In this document: positions 10,539-18,782 of the stretch, piece after piece
How positions within the stretch are numbered: position 1 is the first letter of the stretch
How the letters are laid out: the number at the start of each line of letters is the position of its first letter
Assembly (NCBI GenBank): GCA_963662945.1
Contig: OY759974.1
Location: forward strand, 1,184,001 to 1,248,000
Direction of reading: 5' to 3'
Source: Arcobacteraceae bacterium
Lineage (GTDB): Bacteria; Campylobacterota; Campylobacteria; Campylobacterales; Arcobacteraceae
DNA: 64,000 nucleotides
The notes under the pieces: generated by a model
The model's input: the letters and a program-made list of their open reading frames with translations, nothing else
Told to the model about the DNA's origin: nothing
The model's database searches: none
Translations under genes and position numbers: made by a program

Positions 10539-11284
10539 AACTTATACCAACTAGTGATGGTACACATACACTTTATAGTAAACAATTTGATCAACATTAT
10601 CATAGTGTAAAAGAAGGAGCATTAAATGAATCTCTTTCTAAACATGTTATTCCAGCACTTACTTATCATAAAAATAAAAAAGAACTCACAATTTTAGATA
10701 TATGTTTTGGTATTGGTTACAATAGCTTAGCCACATTATATTATGTACAACAAGAAAACCTCAATATCAAAGTAAATATTTATTCTCCAGAATTTGATTT
10801 AGATTTACTATATAGTATAAAAAATTTCACCTTTCCAAAAGAGTTTCAGTCACTTACACCAATTATCCAAGAAGTTTCACAAAATTTATATTACGAAGAT
10901 GAAAAGTGTAAAATTGAAATATATAATGGAGATGCAAGAGAGTACTTAAATATTTTATCTAATCAAAATATACTCTTTGATATAGTTTATCAAGATGCAT
11001 TTAGTAGTGAAGTAAATAGATTATTATGGACACAAGAGTATTTTGCACAAATTAAAAATATTTTAAATAATGATGCAATAATTACTACATATTCTATAGC
11101 TACTCCAATACGATTATCTATTTATAATAATGAATTGAGTATTTACGAATATAAACCTGATAATTCAAATCGCATTACCATTGCATTAAACAAAAAAGAG
11201 AGAGAAATTAATTATAAATATATAGATATGGAATTAAAAAAACAAAGAAACAAAACAGCAACAGCATTACAAGATAAGGAGTAA
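10520..11284 (+). CDS. MnmD/MnmC2-like tRNA mnm5s2U34 methyltransferase
   Basis: DGTHTLYS..HYHS..GALNES, ILDICFGIGYN, GDARE, YQDAFS, TTYS. Exact start uncertain (GTG 10520). Confidence 0.8.
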   Translation: MGSWTIELIPTSDGTHTLYSKQFDQHYHSVKEGALNESLSKHVIPALTYHKNKKELTILDICFGIGYNSLATLYYVQQENLNIKVNIYSPEFDLDLLYSIKNFTFPKEFQSLTPIIQEVSQNLYYEDEKCKIEIYNGDAREYLNILSNQNILFDIVYQDAFSSEVNRLLWTQEYFAQIKNILNNDAIITTYSIATPIRLSIYNNELSIYEYKPDNSNRITIALNKKEREINYKYIDMELKKQRNKTATALQDKE

Positions 11285-11286
11285 CT

Positions 11287-11583
11287 ATGTTTGAAGAAGA
11301 AAGAATCGTCAAAGTTTTTAGAGTAACTGTAAAAAAGGTTATAGAAAGACTTTTAGAGATACAAGAATGTCCTATTGCAGAGTTTAAAGATTTAGTTATT
11401 GAAAAATTTGATGGATATGACTATGAAGGAGAAGAGGAGCTTGTAGGTTTTGAATCTTGGGATGATATTAGTACAAATGGAGAATACAAACTTACAATAA
11501 AAATTAACCATGAACATGCATATGAATTCACTTTACATATAAAAAATCAAAATAATAAAATCACCATATTTAATGTATTATAA
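11287..11583 (+). CDS. Hypothetical acidic protein
   Basis: 98-aa ORF with strong SD (AAGGAG). No recognised motif. Confidence 0.6.
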   Translation: MFEEERIVKVFRVTVKKVIERLLEIQECPIAEFKDLVIEKFDGYDYEGEEELVGFESWDDISTNGEYKLTIKINHEHAYEFTLHIKNQNNKITIFNVL

Positions 11584-11650
11584 GAAGAATTAGACATATG
11601 ATATAATTAAAACTTATTTGTTTTTAAGCCAACCTTAAAAAAATATCTAT

Positions 11651-11679
11651 TACAATTACTTATGTATGACTACTAGTCA
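11651..11679 (+). promoter_or_regulatory. Putative sqr promoter -10 (TACAAT) with downstream palindrome TGACTA-C-TAGTCA
   Basis: TACAAT at 11651-11656; perfect 6-1-6 inverted repeat at 11667-11679. Confidence 0.45.
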
Positions 11680-11714
11680 GATTTTCAAAAAAAACTAAAA
11701 ATTAAGGGGTAGAT

Positions 11715-13184
11715 ATGGCAAGATTAATTGTACTTGGAGGTGGTGTTTCTGGTCACACAGCAGCAACATTTGCTGCAAAGTGGTTAGGAAGTGCTCATGA
11801 AGTTGTGGTTGTAACACCAAATTCTAAATGGAATTGGATACCATCAAATATTTGGGTGGGTGTTGGTCAAATGACACCAGAGGATGTAACATTTGATTTA
11901 GCACCTGTTTATAAAAAAGCTGGAATCACTTACAAACAAGCGAAAGCTGTATCTATTCACCCTAATGGTAAAGAGGGAAGTGATAAAGAGTTCGTAACTA
12001 TTGAATTTACTAATCCTGAAAACGCAGGTCAAACTGAAGAGTTAGAATATGACTACATTATCAATGCAACTGGTCCAAAACTAAACTTTGGAGCAACACC
12101 AGGACTAGGTGAAGGAAGTAACTTAGGTGAACATACAGTGTCAGTTTGTACAGCAGATCATGCACACCATGCGAGTCATGAATTAGAAAAATGTATCAAA
12201 AAAATGAAAGAGGGTCAAAGACAAAAATTCTTAATTGGAACTGGTCACGGTATGTGTACTTGTCAAGGTGCTGCTTTTGAGTATATTTTTAATATTGAAC
12301 ATGAATTAAATAAAGCTGGGGTAAGAGATTTAGCAGATATCAAATGGATATCAAATGAATCTTTCTTAGGGGACTTTGGTGTTGGTGGACTTCATATGAA
12401 AACTATGGGATACGCTGTTAGTTCTAAAATATTTGCTGAATCACTCTTTACAGAAAGAGGGGTAGACTGGATTATCGGTGCTCATGTAAATAAAGTAGAA
12501 GCTGGTAAGGTACATTATGAATTACTTGATGGTTCTATGGGTGAAGAAGAGTTTGATTTTTCTATGCTTATTCCTCCATTTGCAGGTGTAGGTATAAAAG
12601 CTTATGATAAAGATGGTTCTGATATTACAGATACTATTTTTGCTCCAAATGGTTTCTTAAAAGTTGATGCGAACTATGCTGCTGGTGCTTATGAGAACTG
12701 GAAAGCTTCAGATTGGCCAAAAACATATCAAAATCCAACTTATGAAAATATCTTTGCTTGTGGTATTGCTTTTGCACCACCGCATACAATCTCTAAACCA
12801 ATGAGCTCTCCAAATGGAACTCCAATCAACCCTACACCTCCTAGAACAGGTATGCCATCTGGTATTATGGGAAAAACTGTTGCACATAGTATTTGTGACA
12901 GAATTCTAAAAGGGAAAGATGCTCCACTACATGAAGCTAGTATGGCAGAGATGGGTGCAGCTTGTGTGGCTAGTGCTGGTAAAGGTATATTTGATGGAAC
13001 AGCTGCTGCTATGACTATCTATCCTGTTGTTCCTGATTTTGAAAAATATCCAGGAACTGGTAGAGATACTGATTATACTTTTGGTGAAATTGGTCTTGCT
13101 GGGCATTGGATTAAACATATTTTACATTACCTATTCCTATGGAAAGCAAAACTAAAAATGGGATGGACTTTAATTCCAGAATAA
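11715..13184 (+). CDS. sqr: Sulfide:quinone oxidoreductase, type IV (SqrD-like)
   Basis: GGGVSGHT FAD motif, WIPSNIWVGVG, SVCT, TCQGAAFEY, PPRTGMPS, MGAACVASAG, C-terminal LAGHW..IPE. Resembles Chlorobium SqrD as recalled. Confidence 0.9.
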   Translation: MARLIVLGGGVSGHTAATFAAKWLGSAHEVVVVTPNSKWNWIPSNIWVGVGQMTPEDVTFDLAPVYKKAGITYKQAKAVSIHPNGKEGSDKEFVTIEFTNPENAGQTEELEYDYIINATGPKLNFGATPGLGEGSNLGEHTVSVCTADHAHHASHELEKCIKKMKEGQRQKFLIGTGHGMCTCQGAAFEYIFNIEHELNKAGVRDLADIKWISNESFLGDFGVGGLHMKTMGYAVSSKIFAESLFTERGVDWIIGAHVNKVEAGKVHYELLDGSMGEEEFDFSMLIPPFAGVGIKAYDKDGSDITDTIFAPNGFLKVDANYAAGAYENWKASDWPKTYQNPTYENIFACGIAFAPPHTISKPMSSPNGTPINPTPPRTGMPSGIMGKTVAHSICDRILKGKDAPLHEASMAEMGAACVASAGKGIFDGTAAAMTIYPVVPDFEKYPGTGRDTDYTFGEIGLAGHWIKHILHYLFLWKAKLKMGWTLIPE

Positions 13185-13230
13185 GAATTAGGGTGATTAA
13201 TACAATAAAAATATAAAAAGGAAAAATACA

Positions 13231-13401
13231 ATGGCAAAAGTTAAAGAAGAAGAAAAAAACATTAAAGCATATAGTCAAAATTTTACAACAATGACTCCTG
13301 GTCCATTTGCAAAACGAATGAGAACTTGTGTTATCTGGCAATTTATCAGATTTATAATTATCAACCTTAAAATGATAATCGTTGTTGGTAAAAGTCACTA
13401 G
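13231..13401 (+). CDS. Small 56-aa protein downstream of sqr (not in ORF track)
   Basis: SD AAAAGGA, then MAKVKEEEKNIKAYSQNFTTMTPGPFAKRMRTCVIWQFIRFIIINLKMIIVVGKSH*. Fills the gap to the next gene. Confidence 0.75.
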   Translation: MAKVKEEEKNIKAYSQNFTTMTPGPFAKRMRTCVIWQFIRFIIINLKMIIVVGKSH

Positions 13402-13403
13402 TT

Positions 13404-14213
13404 TTGGTTAAAGATATTATTACATACCCAACACCTCCAAGTGTTGAGTATGCAACAGATGTAAGAATTTTTGATGAAAATTTATTTACTTTAATCGAAG
13501 ATTTAAAAGATACGATTAACGCAAATAAATTAGATGGACTTGCTGCTTATCAAATAGGAAATTATTTCAATGTGGTTGTGATCAAACAAGGTGATGAGTT
13601 TTTAGAACTGATTAATCCTAGAGTTATAAATCCTATTGGTAAGGTAACAACGGAAGAGACAACAGCTTATTTTCCTGGACTGAGTGCAAAAGTGCAAAGA
13701 TATGAAAAAATAAGTCTCATATATCAAGATAGAGAAGCGAATCAACACTCCCTTAAGGCTGATGGAGAATTATCTATATTAATCCAACGTAAGGTCGATT
13801 ATACTTTTGGTTCTACTTTTTTAAATAAGCTCTCAAAAGATGAGAAAAAAAGATTTGAAAAAAAACTTGAATTTGGTTCTAATATTGCTATTCCTGAAAG
13901 TTGTCCAATAGTATCATATAAAGATTATCTCAACAAACTTTCAAATATTTTGTTAGTGGTTATTGCACTATTATTAGTTGGATCATTTTTTGTTAGTGAT
14001 GAGACCGCTTTAGAAAATATATGGGATTATCAAAGATATATATCATATGCAACAGTAGTTAATGGTTTTATATATCTAATATATGGCTATTTTGAGGGGA
14101 AAAGATATAGTTCATGTACTAGTTGTCAAATTGGTAATCTTGTAGGAACTTTAATAATAAGTTTTATCAAACTTACAATATTAATGATACTTTCTTACTT
14201 CTTAGTTGCATAA
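13404..14213 (+). CDS. Degenerate peptide deformylase-like domain fused to a 3-TM domain with CxxC
   Basis: IITYP, GLAAYQIG, LINP are present, but EGCLS is ETTAY and QHExDH is QRKVDY. C-terminal TMs with SCTSC. Confidence 0.75.
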   Translation: MVKDIITYPTPPSVEYATDVRIFDENLFTLIEDLKDTINANKLDGLAAYQIGNYFNVVVIKQGDEFLELINPRVINPIGKVTTEETTAYFPGLSAKVQRYEKISLIYQDREANQHSLKADGELSILIQRKVDYTFGSTFLNKLSKDEKKRFEKKLEFGSNIAIPESCPIVSYKDYLNKLSNILLVVIALLLVGSFFVSDETALENIWDYQRYISYATVVNGFIYLIYGYFEGKRYSSCTSCQIGNLVGTLIISFIKLTILMILSYFLVA

Positions 14214-14251
14214 ATTTAATCAAATATAATATTTAGAATTGGAGAACAGAT

Positions 14252-14764
14252 ATGAAAGATAATAATAGTTATTGGAATCCCCTTATTGCTGGATTTTTGC
14301 TTGGTACTGCACTATTTATAAGTTTTATGATAGCAGGTCAAGGAATGGGAGCAAGCGGTGCATTTGCAAGGCTTACAGCACAAGTTACATACCTTTATGA
14401 TGCAACTTTTGCAACAAATAGTTATGTAGCTCCATATTTACGAGATGGTAATGCATTAGCAAATTGGACAGTTATTCAAGTTGTTGGTATATTTATAGGC
14501 GGCTTTATTAGTGCAGCACTTGCAGGAAGAATAAAACAGTCTATTGATAGAGGTGATGGATACCCAATATATAAAAGATTATTTTGGGCTTTTTTAGGTG
14601 GTATGCTTATAGCAGCAGCTACAAGGCTTGCTCGTGGATGTACTAGTGGGCAAGCACTTGATGGAGCAGCAACATTTTCTGTTGGTGCTTGGATTTTTAT
14701 GTTAGCGGCTTTTGGTGCTGGCTTTTTACTAGCTCCATTGTTTAAAAAACAATGGAATATGTAA
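14252..14764 (+). CDS. YeeE/YedE-family sulfur compound transporter subunit
   Basis: WNPLIAG, GMGASGAF, GIFIGGFISA, RLARGCTSG. About 4 TMs. Own -10 TATAAT at 14225. Confidence 0.85.
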   Translation: MKDNNSYWNPLIAGFLLGTALFISFMIAGQGMGASGAFARLTAQVTYLYDATFATNSYVAPYLRDGNALANWTVIQVVGIFIGGFISAALAGRIKQSIDRGDGYPIYKRLFWAFLGGMLIAAATRLARGCTSGQALDGAATFSVGAWIFMLAAFGAGFLLAPLFKKQWNM

Positions 14765-14775
14765 GGAGTTTTGTT

Positions 14776-15372
14776 ATGTATCCATTATATACAACTGGGG
14801 CAATCACAACAAATGAAAATTATCTTTATGCAATTTTTATAGGGATAATGTTTGGATTTATACTTGAACGTGCTGGTTTTGGAAGAGCAAAACATATTGC
14901 ACCAGTATTTTATTTTAGAGATTTAAGAGTATCAAGAGTAATGGTAAGTGCAATACTTACAGGTGCTTTCTGGATTACATTAGCTACATACAATGGATGG
15001 ATAGATTACAATCAAGTGTTTATACCAGCAACTTATGTATGGCCTTATTTAGTAGGTGGTGCAATATTTGGTATAGGTATGGTTATGTCAGGATGGTGTC
15101 CAGGAACTGCTGTAGTAGGTATAGCAAAAGGTAAAATTGATGCAGCAGTATTCTTATTTGGAGTACTAGCTGGTATGTATGTTTATTTTGATATTTTTGA
15201 TAATATTGCACACTTTGCAAACTCTGGATATCTTGGGAAATATACTATTGATAAACTTATTGGAGGAGATATCTATTCATCATTTATTATTACTGTAATT
15301 ATGGGAATTTGTCTTGCAATATTTATGCATACAATGAAAGCAATTAGAGAAAAAAAAGAGGGGGAAAATTAA
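14776..15372 (+). CDS. YeeE/YedE-family sulfur compound transporter subunit
   Basis: ATG 14776 after AAGGAG. FGFILERAGF, GGAIFGIGMVMSGWCPGT. Confidence 0.85.
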   Translation: MYPLYTTGAITTNENYLYAIFIGIMFGFILERAGFGRAKHIAPVFYFRDLRVSRVMVSAILTGAFWITLATYNGWIDYNQVFIPATYVWPYLVGGAIFGIGMVMSGWCPGTAVVGIAKGKIDAAVFLFGVLAGMYVYFDIFDNIAHFANSGYLGKYTIDKLIGGDIYSSFIITVIMGICLAIFMHTMKAIREKKEGEN

Positions 15373-15373
15373 A

Positions 15374-15748
15374 TTGAAATTAATTTCAGCAACAGTAGGG
15401 GTCATTTTACTAATAGCAGCGTTACTTTTATCTTATTTAGCATCATCAAATGGTGAAGCAATGTTAGCAAAAAAAGATGCCAAAGTAGTAGAATATGTAA
15501 ACAAATCAAAAGAAGCATTAGCAGTTGAGAATATAGAAAGTGCTTTAAAATATGCTAAATTAGCAATAGAAGTTGATCCTAAAAACAACAAAGCTTTTCA
15601 AGCATATGATGCAGTATTAAAATTTAAATATAAACCAAAAGAATCAGATGCAGTAAACACTCTACAAAGAGTACAACCATCTTCTGATGAAGATGAAGAA
15701 GATGAAGATGCTGCAAGTGGAGTTATCAAAGTAGATATGGGTTGTTAA
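15374..15748 (+). CDS. Membrane-anchored TPR-like protein with acidic linker and C-terminal Gly-Cys
   Basis: N-terminal hydrophobic helix, ALKYAKLAIEVDPKN TPR-like motif, DEDEEDED linker, ends DMGC. Confidence 0.65.
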   Translation: MKLISATVGVILLIAALLLSYLASSNGEAMLAKKDAKVVEYVNKSKEALAVENIESALKYAKLAIEVDPKNNKAFQAYDAVLKFKYKPKESDAVNTLQRVQPSSDEDEEDEDAASGVIKVDMGC

Positions 15749-15771
15749 TACAACTCATAGTATACTAATAA

Positions 15772-17535
15772 ATGAAATTTTTCTTTTTAGTACTATCTTT
15801 TACTCTTTTTTTATATTCTAACCAACAAAAAGACAATTGTCTTTCTTGTCATCAAAATACAACCCCAATAGACAACTATCACCCTTATGAAGAATTTGGC
15901 TGTGCCTCATGCCATGGAGGAGATGCAAAAGCGATTTCAAAAGTAAAAGCCCATCAAAATATTGTTTTAAATCCAAGTAGGCTAGAACATGCAAGTATGT
16001 TTTGTGGGAAATGTCATCAAGAGATTATTAATCGTGTTGATAAATCTATTATGAATAATATGCATGGTGTCTTAGATGTACTAAAATACCAATTTGGAGA
16101 GACAAAAACTATAGAAAAAACAACAGGAATTAAGTATTTAAAAAATAAGCCAACGGAACAACAATCTTTAGCTGAAGATCATTTTAGTAAACTTTGTGCA
16201 GCTTGTCATATAAACCAAAAAGAAGAGATATTTAAAAATACAGGATTTAGTGAAAGAGGTGGTGGCTGTGTTGATTGTCATAGAGTTGAAGATGGTAAAA
16301 AACTTGAAATTAAAAATGATATTTTAAAGCTCAACCATCCTAAACTCTCTACTAAAATTCCAAGTTCAAATTGTTTAAAATGCCACAATCGTTCTAATCG
16401 TATAGGACTCTCTTATTTTGGACAATTTGAAAGTGAGGGCTATGGCACTCCTTATAAAAATGGAAAACTCACCCATAAAATAGATAAAGATAGATACTAC
16501 TATGAACTTCCAGCAGACATCCATCATAGAAGTACAAAAATGGATTGTATAGATTGTCATACAGAAGCTGGAGTTATGGGAGATGGAAAACATCATGCCC
16601 ATATGGAAGATGCTGTAGATATTAGTTGTAAAGATTGTCATAATCCACAATTTAAACCATCAAATCAATTTGGACTTGCAGGAATGTTAACTGCATTAAA
16701 TGGAAATATCCCTTATTCTACAAAAATTGCTACTACAAAAAAGAAAAATTCGCCAATTTATAATTTACAAAAAGATGATTCTAATATGACTTTTTATAGA
16801 AAACGAGATGGGAAAGCTTTTGATATTTCAAAAATGAGTGATGCTCCTTATCATATTTCTAAAAACCACGAAAGATTAGATTGTACCGCTTGCCATAGCT
16901 CGTGGATACCTAGCTGTTATGGTTGCCATGAAGTATACTTTAAAGATGGGCAACAATATGATTGGATAAAACATAAAAAAACAAAAGGAAAATGGGTGGA
17001 GCTTAGAAGTTATTTACGATATGAGTCCCCTGCCCTTGCTATTGGGTACAATGAAAAGATTATGCCAACTGCTCCTGGCTGTCAAGTGATTGCAACTATC
17101 TATGATAAAGATATAAAAAATGATGAGTTTCACTCTTTTGCCTTTGCTGCTTGGGATCCACACACAACACAAAAACAATCAAGAACTTGTGTAGACTGTC
17201 ATTTTAATCCTCAAACATTGGGACTTGGAGCTGGTATTTTAGATATAAAAGAAAATAATGTCACTTTTACTCCTTACTATCAAAGTAAAGAAGATGGACT
17301 TCCTATTAACTATTCCTTAGATTCATTAATTTCAAAAGAAGGACAACAATTTCAAAGTTTTTCAAGAGAAAAAGCAAGAGGGTTTAATAAACAAGAGGTT
17401 ACTAAAATTATTGAAACGTATAAGTGTATAGTTTGTCATAATAAGTGGGAAGACCCTATTTATAAAGATTTTCAAAAAAGTAAAAAACTTTTTTATGAGA
17501 AAAAAACTTCTTGTAGTAAAGAGATACAAAAATGA
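15772..17535 (+). CDS. Exported multiheme cytochrome c (12 CxxCH)
   Basis: Signal peptide. CLSCH, CASCH, CGKCH, CAACH, CVDCH, CLKCH, CIDCH, CKDCH, CTACH, CYGCH, CVDCH, CIVCH. Confidence 0.9.
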   Translation: MKFFFLVLSFTLFLYSNQQKDNCLSCHQNTTPIDNYHPYEEFGCASCHGGDAKAISKVKAHQNIVLNPSRLEHASMFCGKCHQEIINRVDKSIMNNMHGVLDVLKYQFGETKTIEKTTGIKYLKNKPTEQQSLAEDHFSKLCAACHINQKEEIFKNTGFSERGGGCVDCHRVEDGKKLEIKNDILKLNHPKLSTKIPSSNCLKCHNRSNRIGLSYFGQFESEGYGTPYKNGKLTHKIDKDRYYYELPADIHHRSTKMDCIDCHTEAGVMGDGKHHAHMEDAVDISCKDCHNPQFKPSNQFGLAGMLTALNGNIPYSTKIATTKKKNSPIYNLQKDDSNMTFYRKRDGKAFDISKMSDAPYHISKNHERLDCTACHSSWIPSCYGCHEVYFKDGQQYDWIKHKKTKGKWVELRSYLRYESPALAIGYNEKIMPTAPGCQVIATIYDKDIKNDEFHSFAFAAWDPHTTQKQSRTCVDCHFNPQTLGLGAGILDIKENNVTFTPYYQSKEDGLPINYSLDSLISKEGQQFQSFSREKARGFNKQEVTKIIETYKCIVCHNKWEDPIYKDFQKSKKLFYEKKTSCSKEIQK

Positions 17536-18779
17536 TGAAATATTTTCTTATTCTAATCCCTCTATTTCTATTTAGTAATGAATGTTTAACTTGTCATCCT
17601 AAAAAAATGGAACAATGTGCAAATTCAAATCACTATACACTTAAAAATGCAATCAACATTACACGAACTACTTGGGGAGTGAAGAATAGTAATGTAACTC
17701 TTCAAACACTACCTCATCCAAGTAATAACATAAAAAAACCACAAGATTTAGTTGATGATTTTTTACGAAGAAAATGTTTAAAATGTCATCTTACAAGTCA
17801 AAATATCAACCAAACAAATAATCTATGTCTAGCTTGTCATAATCCACACAAAAATAACTTAGATAGTACCAAAGCAAAACCTACACAAGAGAAGTGTCTT
17901 AAATGTCACAACAATGAATTTATAGGAACTGATTATCTTGGACTTTTCCCACATGATTATGATAAAGCATATAGAAGTCCACTTACAAAAGATGGTTACT
18001 ATCCAGAGCGACCTTATGGGATAGATTTTCATCACCTAAACTCTGATATTCATCATCAAAAAGGTTTATCTTGTGTCTATTGCCATAAAAAAAATAAAAA
18101 TAAAAGTTGGGAAAATAAAGTTGATTGTAAATCATGTCACGACAACTTAACACAGAATAATCATAAAAGCTATCATAATACTCTTTCCTGTAATAGTTGT
18201 CATAGTTCTTGGAATATAAGTAGTTATGAACTTAATGTTTTAAGAGATGATACGAAAAACTATAAACAATGGAAAAGACTCACTGTACAAGAAGATGAAT
18301 ATCTTGAAAATTTTTTAAATAAAGCTCTTAAAAACCCAGAAACTAAACCTCAAATGCCTGATTATCTTACAAATACATTGGAAGACGGTGTTTGGTATAG
18401 TGGTTGGAAATTTAGAAGATGGGAAAACTTTTTTTTAGTTAATAGTGATGATGAAACAATCAAAATTGCAAAACCAATGTTTCAATATAGAATTAGTTAT
18501 AAAGATAAAAATGACAAAATTATTCTTGATGATATTAATATGATAGATGGTAAAAAAATAGAAGTTTTTTTACCGAAAACACCACACACCATAACAAAAA
18601 AAGCAAAATCTTGTGAAATGTGTCATGAAAATAAAATTATGTTAGATAGAAACATTATCAATAAAAATTTATTTCAAGGAACTATTTTAAAAGGTTCACC
18701 ATTATCTAAAAAACAATTAGAAAAACTCCAATCACCACTTTATAAAAAGGAGCGAGCAAAAATACTTTTTTCTCACTAA
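17532..18779 (+). CDS. Exported multiheme cytochrome c (8 CxxCH)
   Basis: Signal peptide. CLTCH, CLKCH, CLACH, CLKCH, CVYCH, CKSCH, CNSCH, CEMCH. ATGA overlap with the upstream gene. Confidence 0.9.
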   Translation: MMKYFLILIPLFLFSNECLTCHPKKMEQCANSNHYTLKNAINITRTTWGVKNSNVTLQTLPHPSNNIKKPQDLVDDFLRRKCLKCHLTSQNINQTNNLCLACHNPHKNNLDSTKAKPTQEKCLKCHNNEFIGTDYLGLFPHDYDKAYRSPLTKDGYYPERPYGIDFHHLNSDIHHQKGLSCVYCHKKNKNKSWENKVDCKSCHDNLTQNNHKSYHNTLSCNSCHSSWNISSYELNVLRDDTKNYKQWKRLTVQEDEYLENFLNKALKNPETKPQMPDYLTNTLEDGVWYSGWKFRRWENFFLVNSDDETIKIAKPMFQYRISYKDKNDKIILDDINMIDGKKIEVFLPKTPHTITKKAKSCEMCHENKIMLDRNIINKNLFQGTILKGSPLSKKQLEKLQSPLYKKERAKILFSH

Positions 18780-18782
18780 AAG

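Noticed and set aside
10520-10540. Possible third non-canonical start (ATA after GGAG) for the mnmD-like gene
   Set aside because: An in-frame GTG exists at 10520, so a non-canonical start is not required.
11715-18779. Selenocysteine (UGA) read-through in the sulfur cluster, also checked at the FdhF-like active site
   Set aside because: The relevant positions are ordinary Cys codons and no ORF is split at a motif by TGA.
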